From Asterias rubens (Eukaryota), in assembly GCF_902459465.1 (NCBI RefSeq), contig NC_047080.1, positions 10,478,001 through 10,542,000 on the forward strand: a stretch of DNA of 64,000 nucleotides, read 5' to 3'. Shown piece by piece: positions 10,995 to 22,705 of this stretch (position 1 is the stretch's first letter; each line of letters begins with the position of its first letter). The notes under the pieces were generated by a model. That model was not told the DNA's origin and did no database searches. It was given only the letters and a program-made list of their open reading frames with translations. Position numbers and translations under genes: made by a program.

Positions 10995-13900
10995 ATGGGA
11001 TCAGGTTCTTCCAAGAAGAAACAGGAGACAGCAAGGAAGGTTACCAACGCGGTCAAGTAAGTACACAACTTGTGATTTTCAGGCATACTGATTGTGCATA
11101 AAATTACATTGTTCCTTTACTAATTGATTTGGGTTTACTGTCTTAATGTTTTGCAATTTTACTCTTTGGATAGTCCTGTAAGGTTCTTGTATTTTTATTT
11201 GTATGGATTGCTGTATGTTTTCCTGGTGTAAATTTTTAATATTTTTATAATTATTTTGTTATGCGCTTGTGTACATTTTATGGAATGGCCGCAATATAAA
11301 TACACTTTTATTTATTTTATTTATGATATTTCGTCCTTGGAAAAAGGGTACAAACATTGGATTGAGTACAACTGGGCTGACCTACAGCATTGTGGGTGTA
11401 GGCTTTAGTAGACTGTTTAGTTCGGGCCTTTTGAATAAACAAATCTGATTTATCCAGGGCAAGCAAAAAACCCGGAAAACAGACTAAAGTAGGAAGAATA
11501 TGCCTGGATTTGTGTGTAACTATTCATGAACCAACTTACCATATTGGTGTAGTGGTGACTTTGCTCTTGTACATGTATATGTGAACAGTTTTTAAATGTA
11601 AAATTCTGGTTTAGTGGCCCATTTTTCGACCACCTTTTTTTTTTATTTCAATTTGTAATATGTTTTGCATGTGAAGTTGTTGTAACTAAGCCTTTGTATC
11701 TACGAGGGCAGTTTTAAAAAACATTTTATCCATCTATCTATCTATGAAACAGTGTAGCCAATGCTTTTCAGGATGCGGGGAAACGGTCAGAAGAGAAGAG
11801 GTCTCTTCAGACTGCTGGAGACAGACAAGACGAAGAAAAAGGAGTAAACAATGGAGAGGTTGTTCATCAAGAAATTTCAAATGAAAAAGGTTGGTTTATA
11901 AAAATTATTGAATTACAAGACATGGAATGTATGGGGGTGTTCTTCAAAGTTATTGGAAATGAAGTAGTTGTTGCTACGAAGACCCATGCAGTTTATTTTT
12001 GTAATCATTGCCTTCAATCAGACAAACACGTCTATTTTTTATGGAATACTTGTGTAGTACCCGGAAAGGAGCCATCAAATCTGTTCCTGGTCACTTTTTT
12101 CTACATGTATTTAGTTTGACATTGTCATTGCCGCGAGTACATTTTCTAAAACTGTATATTTCACTATTGTATCCACTTTAGAAAAGCAACCACTTGAGCA
12201 GAACGGTGATGCGAGTCACGTGGTGGTACCCGACCCACCAATAGAAAACGGAGTAAATGATGACGATGCTAATGCTGATGAGCTGATGCTAAGCCATGCA
12301 TCGGTTAAAATACAGAGGTAACTGCAGAGGACACATTATGATTGTTTTATTTTTTTTAGCAGATGTAATAATTGCATCAAGAATATTAGATTTTCTGATA
12401 CTTCAAAGAGGCAACGAATAATAGAGTGTGGTCAACCTGCGAAATGTATTCGATGACAACATTATTTTCACTCTCATCTGCAAAAGGTGAAAGTCAATCC
12501 AGAATGGTAACAATGGAAAGCATCGATAACTGCCACTTGGACAATAAGTTCATCATGTAAAAGGAAATTAACAATTTAGGTGATTGCTATGGCCTTTTGT
12601 GCATTAAGTGCGGCTAAATTGGAGATACCAAAACCTTGGACGTACAAAGTGATTCTTTGCAATCAGTGGACATAATCAAACTAGAAGGAGACTCTCTACA
12701 ACACGAAGAAGGTTGTCTGATTTTATGAAAAAATTATGAGTAGAAATCTGAGTAATCTGGAGGTTTATCTTTGCAGTGTGTTTCGTGGCTACCAAGAGAG
12801 AGCCCTAAGAAGAAAAGAGACTGAAATGGCGATTAAAATACAACGGTGAGTGGAACAACATGGCGACTTTTAAGTGTTTAAAAACACCTAACACATACAT
12901 CATCAATAATGAAGTCTGATTTGAAACTTTGCACGGAGATTTGAGATTTGCGGTCGCACCATGTGTAAATCTCTTTTGTAGCGTTGGTTCTGAAAAGACC
13001 GGTGGTTGACGACCCAACGTTTCGATCAGATGCTCTGATCGTCTTCAGGAGAATGCTGGGTGGCGACTGTTGTGTAATATCGTTTTTATTATTTCTGGTT
13101 TTGAGGGGGAAACACGGGTGATAAATTTGGTCTATATATGTTCACAATCTTTTTCTTTAGGATTTACCGACGTCACTCGTCTCAAAAGAAGGAGGTCACA
13201 GAAGCCGCTGTAATGGAAACGATAGCCGAGGTAACCCCTGTACCCGAAGAAGCACCGGCAATAGAAGGGCCAGCACAAGGTACTTAAAATCACTAGAATT
13301 AAACCGGCAATAGAACAGCCAGCACATGGTACTAAAATCACTAGAATTAAACCGGCAATAGAGCAGCCAACACATGGTACTAAAACCACTAGAATTTAAC
13401 CGACAATAGAACAGCCAGCACATGGTACTAAAATCACTAGAATTAAACCGGCAATAGAGCAGCCAACACATGGTACTAAAACCACTAGAATTTAACCGGC
13501 AATAGAACAGCCAACACATGGTACTAAAACCACTAGAATTTAACCGGCAATAGAACAGCCAACACATGGTACTAAAACCACTAGAATTTAACCGGCAATA
13601 GAACAGCCAACACATGGTACTAAAACCACTAGAATTTAACCGACAATAGAACAGCCAGCACATGGTACTAAAATCACTAGAATTAAACCGGCAATAGAGC
13701 AGCCAACACATGGTACTAAAACCACTAGAATTTAACCGACAAATAGAACAGCCAGCACATGGTACTAAAATCACTAGAATTTAACCGGCAATAGAACAGC
13801 CAACACATGGTACTAAAACCACTAGAATTTAGCCGGCAATAGAACAGCCAACACATGGTACTTAAACCACTAGAATTTAGCCGGCAATAGAACAGCCAAC

Positions 13901-16900
13901 ACATGGTACTTAAACCACTAGAATTTAACCGGCAATAGAGCAGCCAACACATGGTACTAAAACCACTAGAATTTAACAACGTGTAGTACCGAAACTCACC
14001 GGCAATAGAAGAGCCGACATAAGAGTTTAAAACCACAAGAACTTTAACAAGAAACCGAAATTCACCGACAACAGAGAGGAGCCAACATATGGTACTAAAA
14101 TCACAAGAACTTTAACAAGATACCGAAATTCACCGGCAATAGAGAGGAGCCAACACATGGTACTAAAACCAAAAGAATTGAACAAGGGCTGATTACAACA
14201 ATACAACAATTCTTATTTAAAACGCATTTCACAACAACCGTCTCAATGTGCTTTACATGAGTGTCCTTGTCATTAGGCCAATAACGTTCCTTTCTCAGCT
14301 CACTACCATGGTGCTCCGAAGGCTTTTTCAAACACAATATCAACCTCTACTCTCGCATATACACATTTAATATCCCTGGTGAAGAAGAGCAACTACAGTA
14401 AAAAGTATCTCGCTCAAGGACACAGGTGTTACGGGCGGGATTCGAACCCAAACTAAGATGACTTAACCAGCAAAACTTATAGCGACCGAAATTAACAGGA
14501 AACCTTCAACAGAAATACAACTAACCATGAATTATTTTGTTTGGTATTTTGCAGATAATTGCGAGCCTGATCCGTGTAAGGCCACCAAGGAATGGCTCGA
14601 AAAAACACCAACTAAGACTAACGTTAAAAAACAGATTGTTGGAGTTGGTAAGAAATTACTAGTCATTATTTGACCCACATTTTTTGATTGTGTAATTAAA
14701 AGGTTGTCAAACTAAATACAGACCGGTATACATGTATTGGTCTAGGTTTTTTTTTTTGAAAGGCAGGGTACACTTTTGGAAATTTCTCTACAAGTTAATA
14801 AAAAAAAAACTTGGTAATAGTTTAAACAAATTGTGTAGTTTTAGAGAAAGGGGTAATTTTCACCTCAAAATTTGAACATGGGAAAAGGCTTCTAATGACA
14901 AGCCTTTCTCATAAATCTGAAAACAGCGTGTAAAATGTGTTTTCTCTTTTCTTATTTTCTTACTTTCCCAGATTTTCACAGATTTGTTATTTTATGCATA
15001 CGATGGGATACACCAAGTGAGGATAGTGGTTAAAGTTGACAACTACCAAAAGTATATTACTGCATTTAACAAAATGCCTAGGAATTGCAAAGTTTTGTTA
15101 AAACATTCAGCAGTTTTTAACCAAATATATTTTCATTTCTGTCATGACAGGGCAACAGACCAAGGAGGATTTCATTGCATTCCAAGACGAAATCACGGAA
15201 TTGAAATGGTACGCTGAACAACAGTTAGAGAAAGCTATTTGTGGAAGTGAATTCGTTGGGCCCAGAATTGTGGTGAGTTCAAGTCAATAATGTAAAAAAA
15301 CTTGTCACAGGACCCAAGCTCTGGTGTTGTCAGCAGCAGAGTGTGGGTTCGAATCCCAGTCATGACACTAAACCCTTGTGGAAGGCACTTGTTCGGAAGG
15401 TAGTGCATTCTGCTCTACCAACCAGGTTCCTATAATGGATGATACCCATGCCTACATCCTTACAGGCCGGCTGTGAAGGGGGTAACCCTGTTTCAGCCCC
15501 AGGAGTAGGTGGCTTCTAGTGGATGATACCCATGCCTACATCCTTACAGACTGTGAAGGGAGTAACCCTGTTTCAGCCCCAGGAGTAGGTGGCTCCTAGT
15601 GGATGATACCCATGCCTACATCCTTACAGACTGTGAAGGGAGTAACCCTGTTTCAGCCCCATGAGTAGATGGCTCCTAGTGGATGATACCCATGCCTACA
15701 TCCTTACAGACTGTGAAGGGAGTAACCCTGTTTCAGCCCCAGGAGTAGATGGCTCCTAGTGGATGATACCCATGCCTACATCCTTACGGACTGTGAAGGG
15801 GGTAACCCTGTTTCAGCCCCAGGAGTAGATGGCTCCTAGTGGATGATACCCATGCCTACATCCTTACAGACTGTAAAGGGAGTAACCCTGTTTCAGCCCC
15901 TGGAGTAGGTGGCTCCTAGTGAATGATACCCATGCCTACATCTTTACAGGCCGGCTGTGAAGGGGGTAGCCCCAGGAGTAAGTGGCGATGTATTTTCTAC
16001 CATCAACCTCTCCCCATTACTCGTCACCAAGAAAGGTGTTATGCTAATAATTATTTTGAGTAATTACCAATAGTGTCCACTGCCTTTTAATGTAGCCCTC
16101 ACCATGAAATAGCCGTCCGTGGCATTGTGATGTTATAGGCGGTATCTCATACAAGGAAAACAACATCAAAACTGTGAATTTGTAATCAAAATGTTTCTAA
16201 CTATTTAACTACTGTTTATGTGCAACGTCAATGGGACACTTTAGCGTTTACATGTACTCTCTTTTTTCTCTGATGCAGTTGGTTTCGTCAAAGGTGCCGA
16301 AAGGTGATTTGTTGACGAAGGTCGTGAAAGACAATGTTCTTATATTTCACTATGTAAGTTGATTCTTGTATTTTAATAAACAATGACTAAAATGAACTCT
16401 TCTGGATTTGTAAGTATCATTATGAAACTAAACACATTGTTGTTGTTTTTAGAAACCTTTTCACAATTTTGTTTGTCCAATTTCTTCACGTCATTCATAT
16501 AATTGTTAATCAAGAAATAATAATGATAGAATATTACAAATGTCAATATACATGTATATTAATGACAATTTAATTTTCTCATTTTCCCCCAGGATTTCAA
16601 CAAGGATACGTTTGATAATTTGCTAGGTAAGAATTCAAGTTTATAAAACATCAATTATTACTAATTCGACAAATGATTGTGCATCAAGTAATAGTACGGA
16701 TTGTCTGCTAAAACTGTGATCAAAATGTGTTTTGAAATATTTGTATAAATATCTTTTGACATTTTAATTTATTCATTCATTCATGTTGTTCACCTATCCA
16801 CAGAAAATATTCAAGTTAATCTCGAGGCTTTCAAACCGGGGAGTAAAGCTAGATCGATCTGCATTTATTGCCAGGTAATTATTTGTTTTCAGAAATAAAA

Positions 16901-19672
16901 AGTAACAAGTAAACATTTTGGCGTTTTGTACGATATCTTGGTGTAATGCTTGGTTAATGTTGTACAATATTTTGACGTCATGCTTGGTTAACTTTGTACA
17001 ATATTTTTTGCGTTACGCTCGATTAACTTGTACCATGTTTTAGTTGTTTGGTTTGCTGATTTTGTACAATATTTTGAGGGTATGGTATTTTCTTTGTACA
17101 ATATTTTTACTTCATGATTTGTTAACTTTGTACATAGTTTTGACTATTATGCTCGGTTACAGGGAAGAAACACGTTTGGTGATTGTCAAAGACCAGTCTT
17201 CTCACTTGGTGTATCCCATCATGTGCATAAAATAACAAGCCTGTGAGAATTTTAGGTCAATCGGTCATCGAAGTTGCGAGAAAATGCTGAAAGAAAAAAA
17301 CACCATTGTTGGACGAATTTGTGTGCTTTCAGATAGGAATAAAAGACTTCTTAGAAGTATTTATTATTTTAGTGAGAAATTACCTCTTTCTCAAAAACTA
17401 CATTACCTCAGAGGGAGTCGTTTCCCACAATGTTTTACTATCAACAGCTCTCCAATGCTCGTTACCAAGTCAGTTTTTAAGTTAATATTTGTTTTGAGTA
17501 ATTACCAAACGTGTACCTTCCCTTTAACTTTCAATACAATCCTCAAATGTATGCCTGGTTTCAGGGAGGTCCTGGCTTCCTGTACATTCGAAGAGGAAAA
17601 GTCGTTACTGTCGCAAAGTTGAAGAAAGAAAGAGAACAGGATCAAGTCAGGTATGCCAAGATTTATTTTAACATCAAAGGACAGAAACTAATTTGTAAGC
17701 AACATTTACTTAAAATTGGGCCATGATAATATGACTAAGACAACTAGTAATTGAATTTCAATGACGAATATTAACATCAGTCGAAACAGAAACAGACTTG
17801 ATTTTTTGCAGTAACCTCGACTATAGCTTTTTTTTTCTACAGTGCATTTTGAAAAATTTCTTTTCACTATTCACTCTCAAAGGTTCTTCAAGGAAATGGG
17901 CAAGCTCATGTCAAAGAGAGAACCTGCAAAGTCTTTCATACACGTGATGGGGTGTAACATGCTTGGAAACGAGAAAGGGGAACAGGTTTGTAAATCTAGC
18001 AATGGGAGACTTTCTGGGACGATAGAGGGCAGCAGACTTACCGGGTAAATCCATTGTTCTCAGAATTATGCGCATGTTCAGAACTACGTAAACAATGGAA
18101 ATTTACCCGGTATGTCTGCTGCCACCTAGCGTTGGAAAGTCTCCTATTACTTTGTGTATTACGTAGGATTGGAAACTTTGAATGGTACGGAGTGTAATCA
18201 TGTGAGGTTTTGAGGTAGCACTATGTGTACAACTCTGCAAAGAGTGGTGGTGGTTCCGAGAAAACCCAGTTGTAAATCAACGTTTCGATCAGTATGCTCT
18301 GATCATCTTCAGAGCATAGGCCTAACTGATTGAAAATCTGAAGATGATCAGGGCATACTGATCAAAACGTTGAGCTGTCAACCACCGTTCTTTTCAGAAC
18401 CACTATTACTCGAAAGAGATTCACAGTGCTACAGCCACAACTCACCCGATTTTGTATATTACCTCATTTACATTTGAATTCCAATCCACCATTGTGTGGC
18501 AACAAAAGTCTCTACCCATGATGAAGTTTGCTGAATGGGAAAGGTCAAGGTTTACCGAGTATTTCAATTAGTTTTACTTGCATGCTTGGTAACCTATACA
18601 AAACAACATAACAAACCTGACAAATGAGTTATTTAAAATGCATTTCACTGCCACATGATTTGACCCATTCTAAAAATGTTGCCTTATCACAGCATGAAAT
18701 AAATATTGTACTTTTCTTATTTTTGCACCTTCCAGCTCTTTACTCATCTTCAAGGAATCATGAAACCAAATATTGTTCGATTTGAGGCACCCCTCGAACT
18801 ATCGCCTGCAGGTATGTATACTTAAATCTTTTAAAGGCAGTGGACACTATTGGTAATTGTCAAAGACTAGCCTTCACAGTTGGTGTATCTCAACATAAGC
18901 ATAAAATAACAAACCTGTGAAAATTTGAGCTCAATCGGTCATCGAACTTGCGAGATAATAATGAAAGAAGAAACACCCTTGTCACACGAATTTGTGTGCG
19001 TTTAGATGGTTGATTTCGAGACCTCAAGTTCTAAACCCGAGGTCTCGCAATCAAATTCGTGGAAAATTACGTCTTTCTCTAAAACTATGGCACTTCAGAG
19101 GGAGCCGTTTCTCACAATGTTTTCTACCATCAACCTCTCCCCATTACTCGTCACCAAGTAAGGTTTTATGCCAATAATTATTTTGAGTAATTAATCATTC
19201 AATAAAGGAGCAAGTTGCATCAGATTTTAGAGGTAAACAAAACCCAAGAATTATTAATTTACGATAGGATTACTTCATTTTTTTAAAATTTAGGATAGAG
19301 AAATTTGACATTACCAAGACGGTTCAATGATATTTCAAAAGAAATATTTTGAATTTACAAGAAATTTGTTTCAAAGCAACTGTATACAGCTATACTTCTC
19401 CTGACAAATTATGTTTTTAAAGGCAAAACAAAATCAAAGGCTTGACGTTTCGACCCCGGCTAATGGAAGGGGCAAATTGTCAGGCCATCAAAAAAACTAG
19501 TTTTTGCATTTCTAGCAGAGGTCCTTCTGGTGGGTAACCAGTTTGCAATAACTTATTCTATTTTCTCTTTTTATTTTGAATAGGTGTGGAAATGATTGAA
19601 ACATACTTCGACTTTGAGAAATATAAGACATGGCGATCGAACAAGCACCTGAAATTAGACTTGGACTTATAA
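10995..19672 (+). CDS. NSMF: NMDA receptor synaptonuclear signalling and neuronal migration factor (Jacob/NELF) orthologue, 13 exons, ~400 aa
   Basis: Exons 10995-11056, 11753-11889, 12182-12317, 13161-13279, 14555-14647, 15151-15272, 16279-16353, 16593-16626, 16804-16874, 17565-17650, 17883-17985, 18736-18811, 19584-19672 total 1203 nt in frame. MGSGSS myristoylation motif; IQ motif ASVKIQRIYRRH; C-terminal blocks GPRIVLVSSKVPK, IYCQGGPGFLY, IHVMGCNMLGNEKGEQLF, FEAPLELSPAG, MIETYFDFEKYKTW match recalled human NSMF. The low-complexity N-terminal exons are less certain. Confidence 0.9.
12935..13060 (-). mobile_element. Penelope-type pLTR fragment with a hammerhead-like core (13016-13048)
   Basis: Minus strand CTGAAGA-C-GATCAG-agcat-CTGATC-GAAACGTT; flank homologous to 18338-18450. 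Confidence 0.55.
13255..14186 (+). repeat. 48-bp minisatellite (15 units plus 3 longer degenerate units) beginning inside NSMF exon 4
   Basis: Unit ccggcaatagaacagccaacacatggtactaaaaccactagaatttaa; regular array 13255-13976. Confidence 0.95.
14205..14480 (-). mobile_element. tRNA-derived SINE copy
   Basis: Minus strand GGTTCGAATCC B box; body shared with 23116-23445. Confidence 0.7.
15437..15986 (+). repeat. 80-bp tandem repeat, 7 units, inside a SINE-like element
   Basis: Units start at 15437, 15521, 15601, 15681, 15761, 15841, 15921; B-box GGTTCGAATCCC upstream near 15345. Confidence 0.95.
17161..17527 (+). mobile_element. MITE family K1 copy
   Basis: Inverted termini AGGGAAGAAACACGTTTGGT / ACCAAACGTGTACCTTCCCT-TTAA; same body. 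Confidence 0.8.
18004..18145. mobile_element. MITE with GGAGACTTT TIRs and AT target duplication (ISL2EU-like)
   Basis: AT-[GGGAGACTTT...AAAGTCTCCT]-AT; second, inverted copy at 50244-50362 also flanked by AT. The superfamily assignment is inferred from TSD and termini. Confidence 0.7.
18250..18450. mobile_element. Inverted pair of Penelope-type pLTR fragments with hammerhead-like cores
   Basis: Core on minus at 18279-18312 (intact CTGAAGA...GAAACGTT) and on plus at 18338-18371 (GAAA changed to AAAA). Confidence 0.55.
18831..19192 (+). mobile_element. MITE family K1 copy (right end lost)
   Basis: TTAA-AGGCAGTGGACAC start; same body. Confidence 0.8.
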
Positions 19673-21525
19673 GCAATTCGACCGCAACGAAAGTCCTCCA
19701 TCTGCTGCACATTTTATGAAGTACCTCCATTTTGAACGACCTGTGATGTATGTAATGGTTTATAACAAAACGATTTTACACGGATCGCATTTTTTTTCTT
19801 CTGTACATTAAATTGCCACTGTCCAAGTGCTTTTCAATGGGAGAATTTCGTTTTCTGAATCGATTAATAAAAAAGGGAATCCTTATAACAAAAATCAGAA
19901 AAACTTTTTAAGGATGGCAAGTCAAAAAGTGCAGCAAAAATTGCGCATGGATCCGCCATGTTCGTGTAGAGAGCCTTGACTTCGTACGTTGTATCGTATT
20001 GATGTACAGTATCTGTCTGGGATGAAAGTGACATAACTTTTGTTGGCATCTTAAAGGCAACCAACAGCAGTGTATGCTATTTAGAACACTTTGGTTGTAC
20101 ACGAGTTATTTTTCAGTGCTATAGGATCACGTCGAATTGTGTACATTTTTACATAGCATTTTTAATTTGCAATGCGAGTCGTTTTCTGTAAATATTGTCA
20201 GAATGTATATAATTTATGTTGAGATTTTGTATATTTAGTTAATACAATCCATTTGTGCAAAGTTTTTGGACCAAATAAGACCAAATCTGTATGAACTAAA
20301 GATCTGTTTTGTATGCTCGCTGTGGCTGTGAAAAGTTGTAGAAACGAAATAATTATTAATGCTGAATGAATTTACAACTTAAATGCGAGGGATTTAAAAG
20401 TTTATCAAAAGGATTGTGTTGTGATTAGAAACTGGATCCATATATTTGAAAATAAATCCCAAGCATTTTAAAAATCAAATCTCAAAGATTTAATTTTAAA
20501 TGTAATAATGAATTGATTCCTTATTAAAATCGATTGGGTTAACTTTTCAACCCCTTCAAATTTACGTACTTTTACGATTGTCAACAAAACATAAACAATA
20601 AACATTGTTTGAAACGTTAGTGCTATATACCATTTGGTGTGACATATCTTTGAAACTTTGACAAGAGTCAGATTTCTTTCTCTAAACTAAAAAACATCAA
20701 CAACCTGAGACCACAAATTCTTCAAGAACATGATCAGTTTATTGTTGTTCATTCCAATAGTTGAGCACAAATTAATCAACTCTGATGGTAGAGATAAGTT
20801 ATAATAGATGACAGACATGCAACTTTCTAATTGAAAAAAACAATAGAGGCAATGGCCGATCACACTTAACTTTTGTAGTGTTTTTCAGTTTTTTTTATGG
20901 CACTGTTTTGAAAAGAAAAAGTGGAAACCAGCTGACCGGCTGAAAAGTTGCATGCCTGTGAGGAACAGAGTGATGGTTTGAAGAATATGTTGTGAATGTT
21001 ACCGTCCATCGAAATGGTTATAAAATACCGCATGCTTAGCACTTTCTAAGCCGGGGTTTGCCTTCTAAAGCCCTTTTCACAAGGCAGCAATTTAGCAGGG
21101 GACCCTGCTTAGCATGGTTGTGAAATTGTATAAGTTGCACTTCGTGTGAAAAGGACACCAATGTTATGGACTGTCCATGGTCCCTTGTGATTTTGTTCTC
21201 AAATTCGCCATCCTGTAATATAGACAGTGTGAACATTATTGTCCTTTTACATGAGGAGCATTTGGTCAAAGTTCATTACCATGCTAAAATTAAGCATGGG
21301 ACCCGTGTTTAATTGCTGTCGTGTGAAAGGGTTTTAACTTTTTCAGTGACTAGCCAGCGCGACCAGTTCTTTGCTTCTTTAGCTTTCTTCACTGATCCAT
21401 ATCTCATTGTGAATATTGGATGCTTTTTACCACTGAACTAGCGGGCCAAACCATTGTTAAGGAAGAATGCCGGACAGATGCCTTTTAAATTCACATTTTT
21501 ATCAGTTGTGAGCGTGTACATGTAT

Positions 21526-21933
21526 GCAGCCTATAATGCATGTCAGCTAGCAGCCTATAATGCATGTCAGCTAGCAGCCTATAATGCATGTCAGCTAGCA
21601 GCCTATAATGCATGTCAGCTAGCAGCCTATAATGCATGTCAGCTAGCAGCCTATAATGCATGTCAGCTAGCAGCCTATAATGCATGTCAGCTAGCAGCCT
21701 ATGATGCATGTCAGATGTTTTTCCCACAGTATTTGGCAAATAGTGACCAATTTCACTTCCATTTGTTTGTAATCCAGTGATTTTGCCTCTCCAGCTGAAA
21801 CCGCCATTCAATTTCACTTTTGTCAGATGTTTTTTCCATAGTATCCAGCAAATAGTGACCAATTTCACTTCCATTTGTTTGTAATCCAGTGATTTTGCCT
21901 CTCCAGCTGAAACCGCCATTCAATTTCACTTTT
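21526..21933. repeat. 24-bp minisatellite (8 units) followed by a 112-bp tandem duplication
   Basis: gcagcctataatgcatgtcagcta repeated 21526-21714; duplicated copies start at 21709 and 21821. Confidence 0.9.
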
Positions 21934-22705
21934 GACCCAAGCGATTTTATATGTAGTTCCACTCAATACAACTTATAATGCGTTATTTTTAGCCATGCAA
22001 ACAGTCGGCATTCAATTTAGCAAAGCAGGTGCAACTTGAGAACCTATAAGACACACTGCTATCAGATCAGTACATGTACTTTCATTTTCGTTTTGCGTTT
22101 TTGCGAATCAACAGTTTTTGTGGAGATTGAAGGAGTCATTTAAACTTGGAAGTTTCTTTTCATTGGTCATGCGGCAAGTGGTACTTATAACTTTTTAGCC
22201 AAACATTTATACTAAAACTCTCAAAGATGATTACTTACTAAAGACACACAAGAATTAAATTCTTTTGAACAAAAAGAAGAATATAGTTAAGTAATTTGTT
22301 TTGTTTCATAGATGCACAACCCTCATATACCGTCCAGTAACACCCAAAGAACTGTGAACAAACAACACTCAAAAATATATAATATAAAAATAATTACATC
22401 TAGAAAATAGACAGAAGTTATCTTTTGTAGTGTTAAGATGAGATGAAAGATAATTTACTTATGATTTATTATGATTTTATTTAAAAAAAAATGCAGAGGC
22501 ACTTCTTGTAACCTTATTCCCTGACTAATTAACTCAAATATGCAAATTTATGCAAACTAAACACAGTTTAAAAAGTGTCAATCAAATCATACAAACCGAT
22601 GTCTTTTTTCGCACAAATTGGTGGGACAATCTGATTGGACACCCCCTGTCTCCTGAATGCAGTCGCCCACTGCATAGTAACACAGTGCAGAGTGATGGGT
22701 TTACT

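Noticed and set aside
13196-14036. Long minus-strand ORFs (192 and 103 aa) with FSTMCWLFYCRLNSSG repeats
   Set aside because: By-product of the 48-bp minisatellite (length divisible by 3), antisense to NSMF, with no non-repetitive coding context.
15437-15986. CRISPR-like regular repeats (also the 48-bp and 96-bp arrays)
   Set aside because: Head-to-tail units without unique spacers, no cas genes, eukaryotic intron context.
17565-17650. GGPG resembling an adenylate kinase P-loop
   Set aside because: The GSGK is missing; the context CQGGPGFLY matches NSMF.
19441-19475. GAAACGTC hammerhead half-motif on the minus strand
   Set aside because: No CTGANGA or helix II upstream.
21454-21919. ORFs with AAYNACQL / LLADMHYR repeats
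   Set aside because: Translation of the 24-bp minisatellite on both strands.
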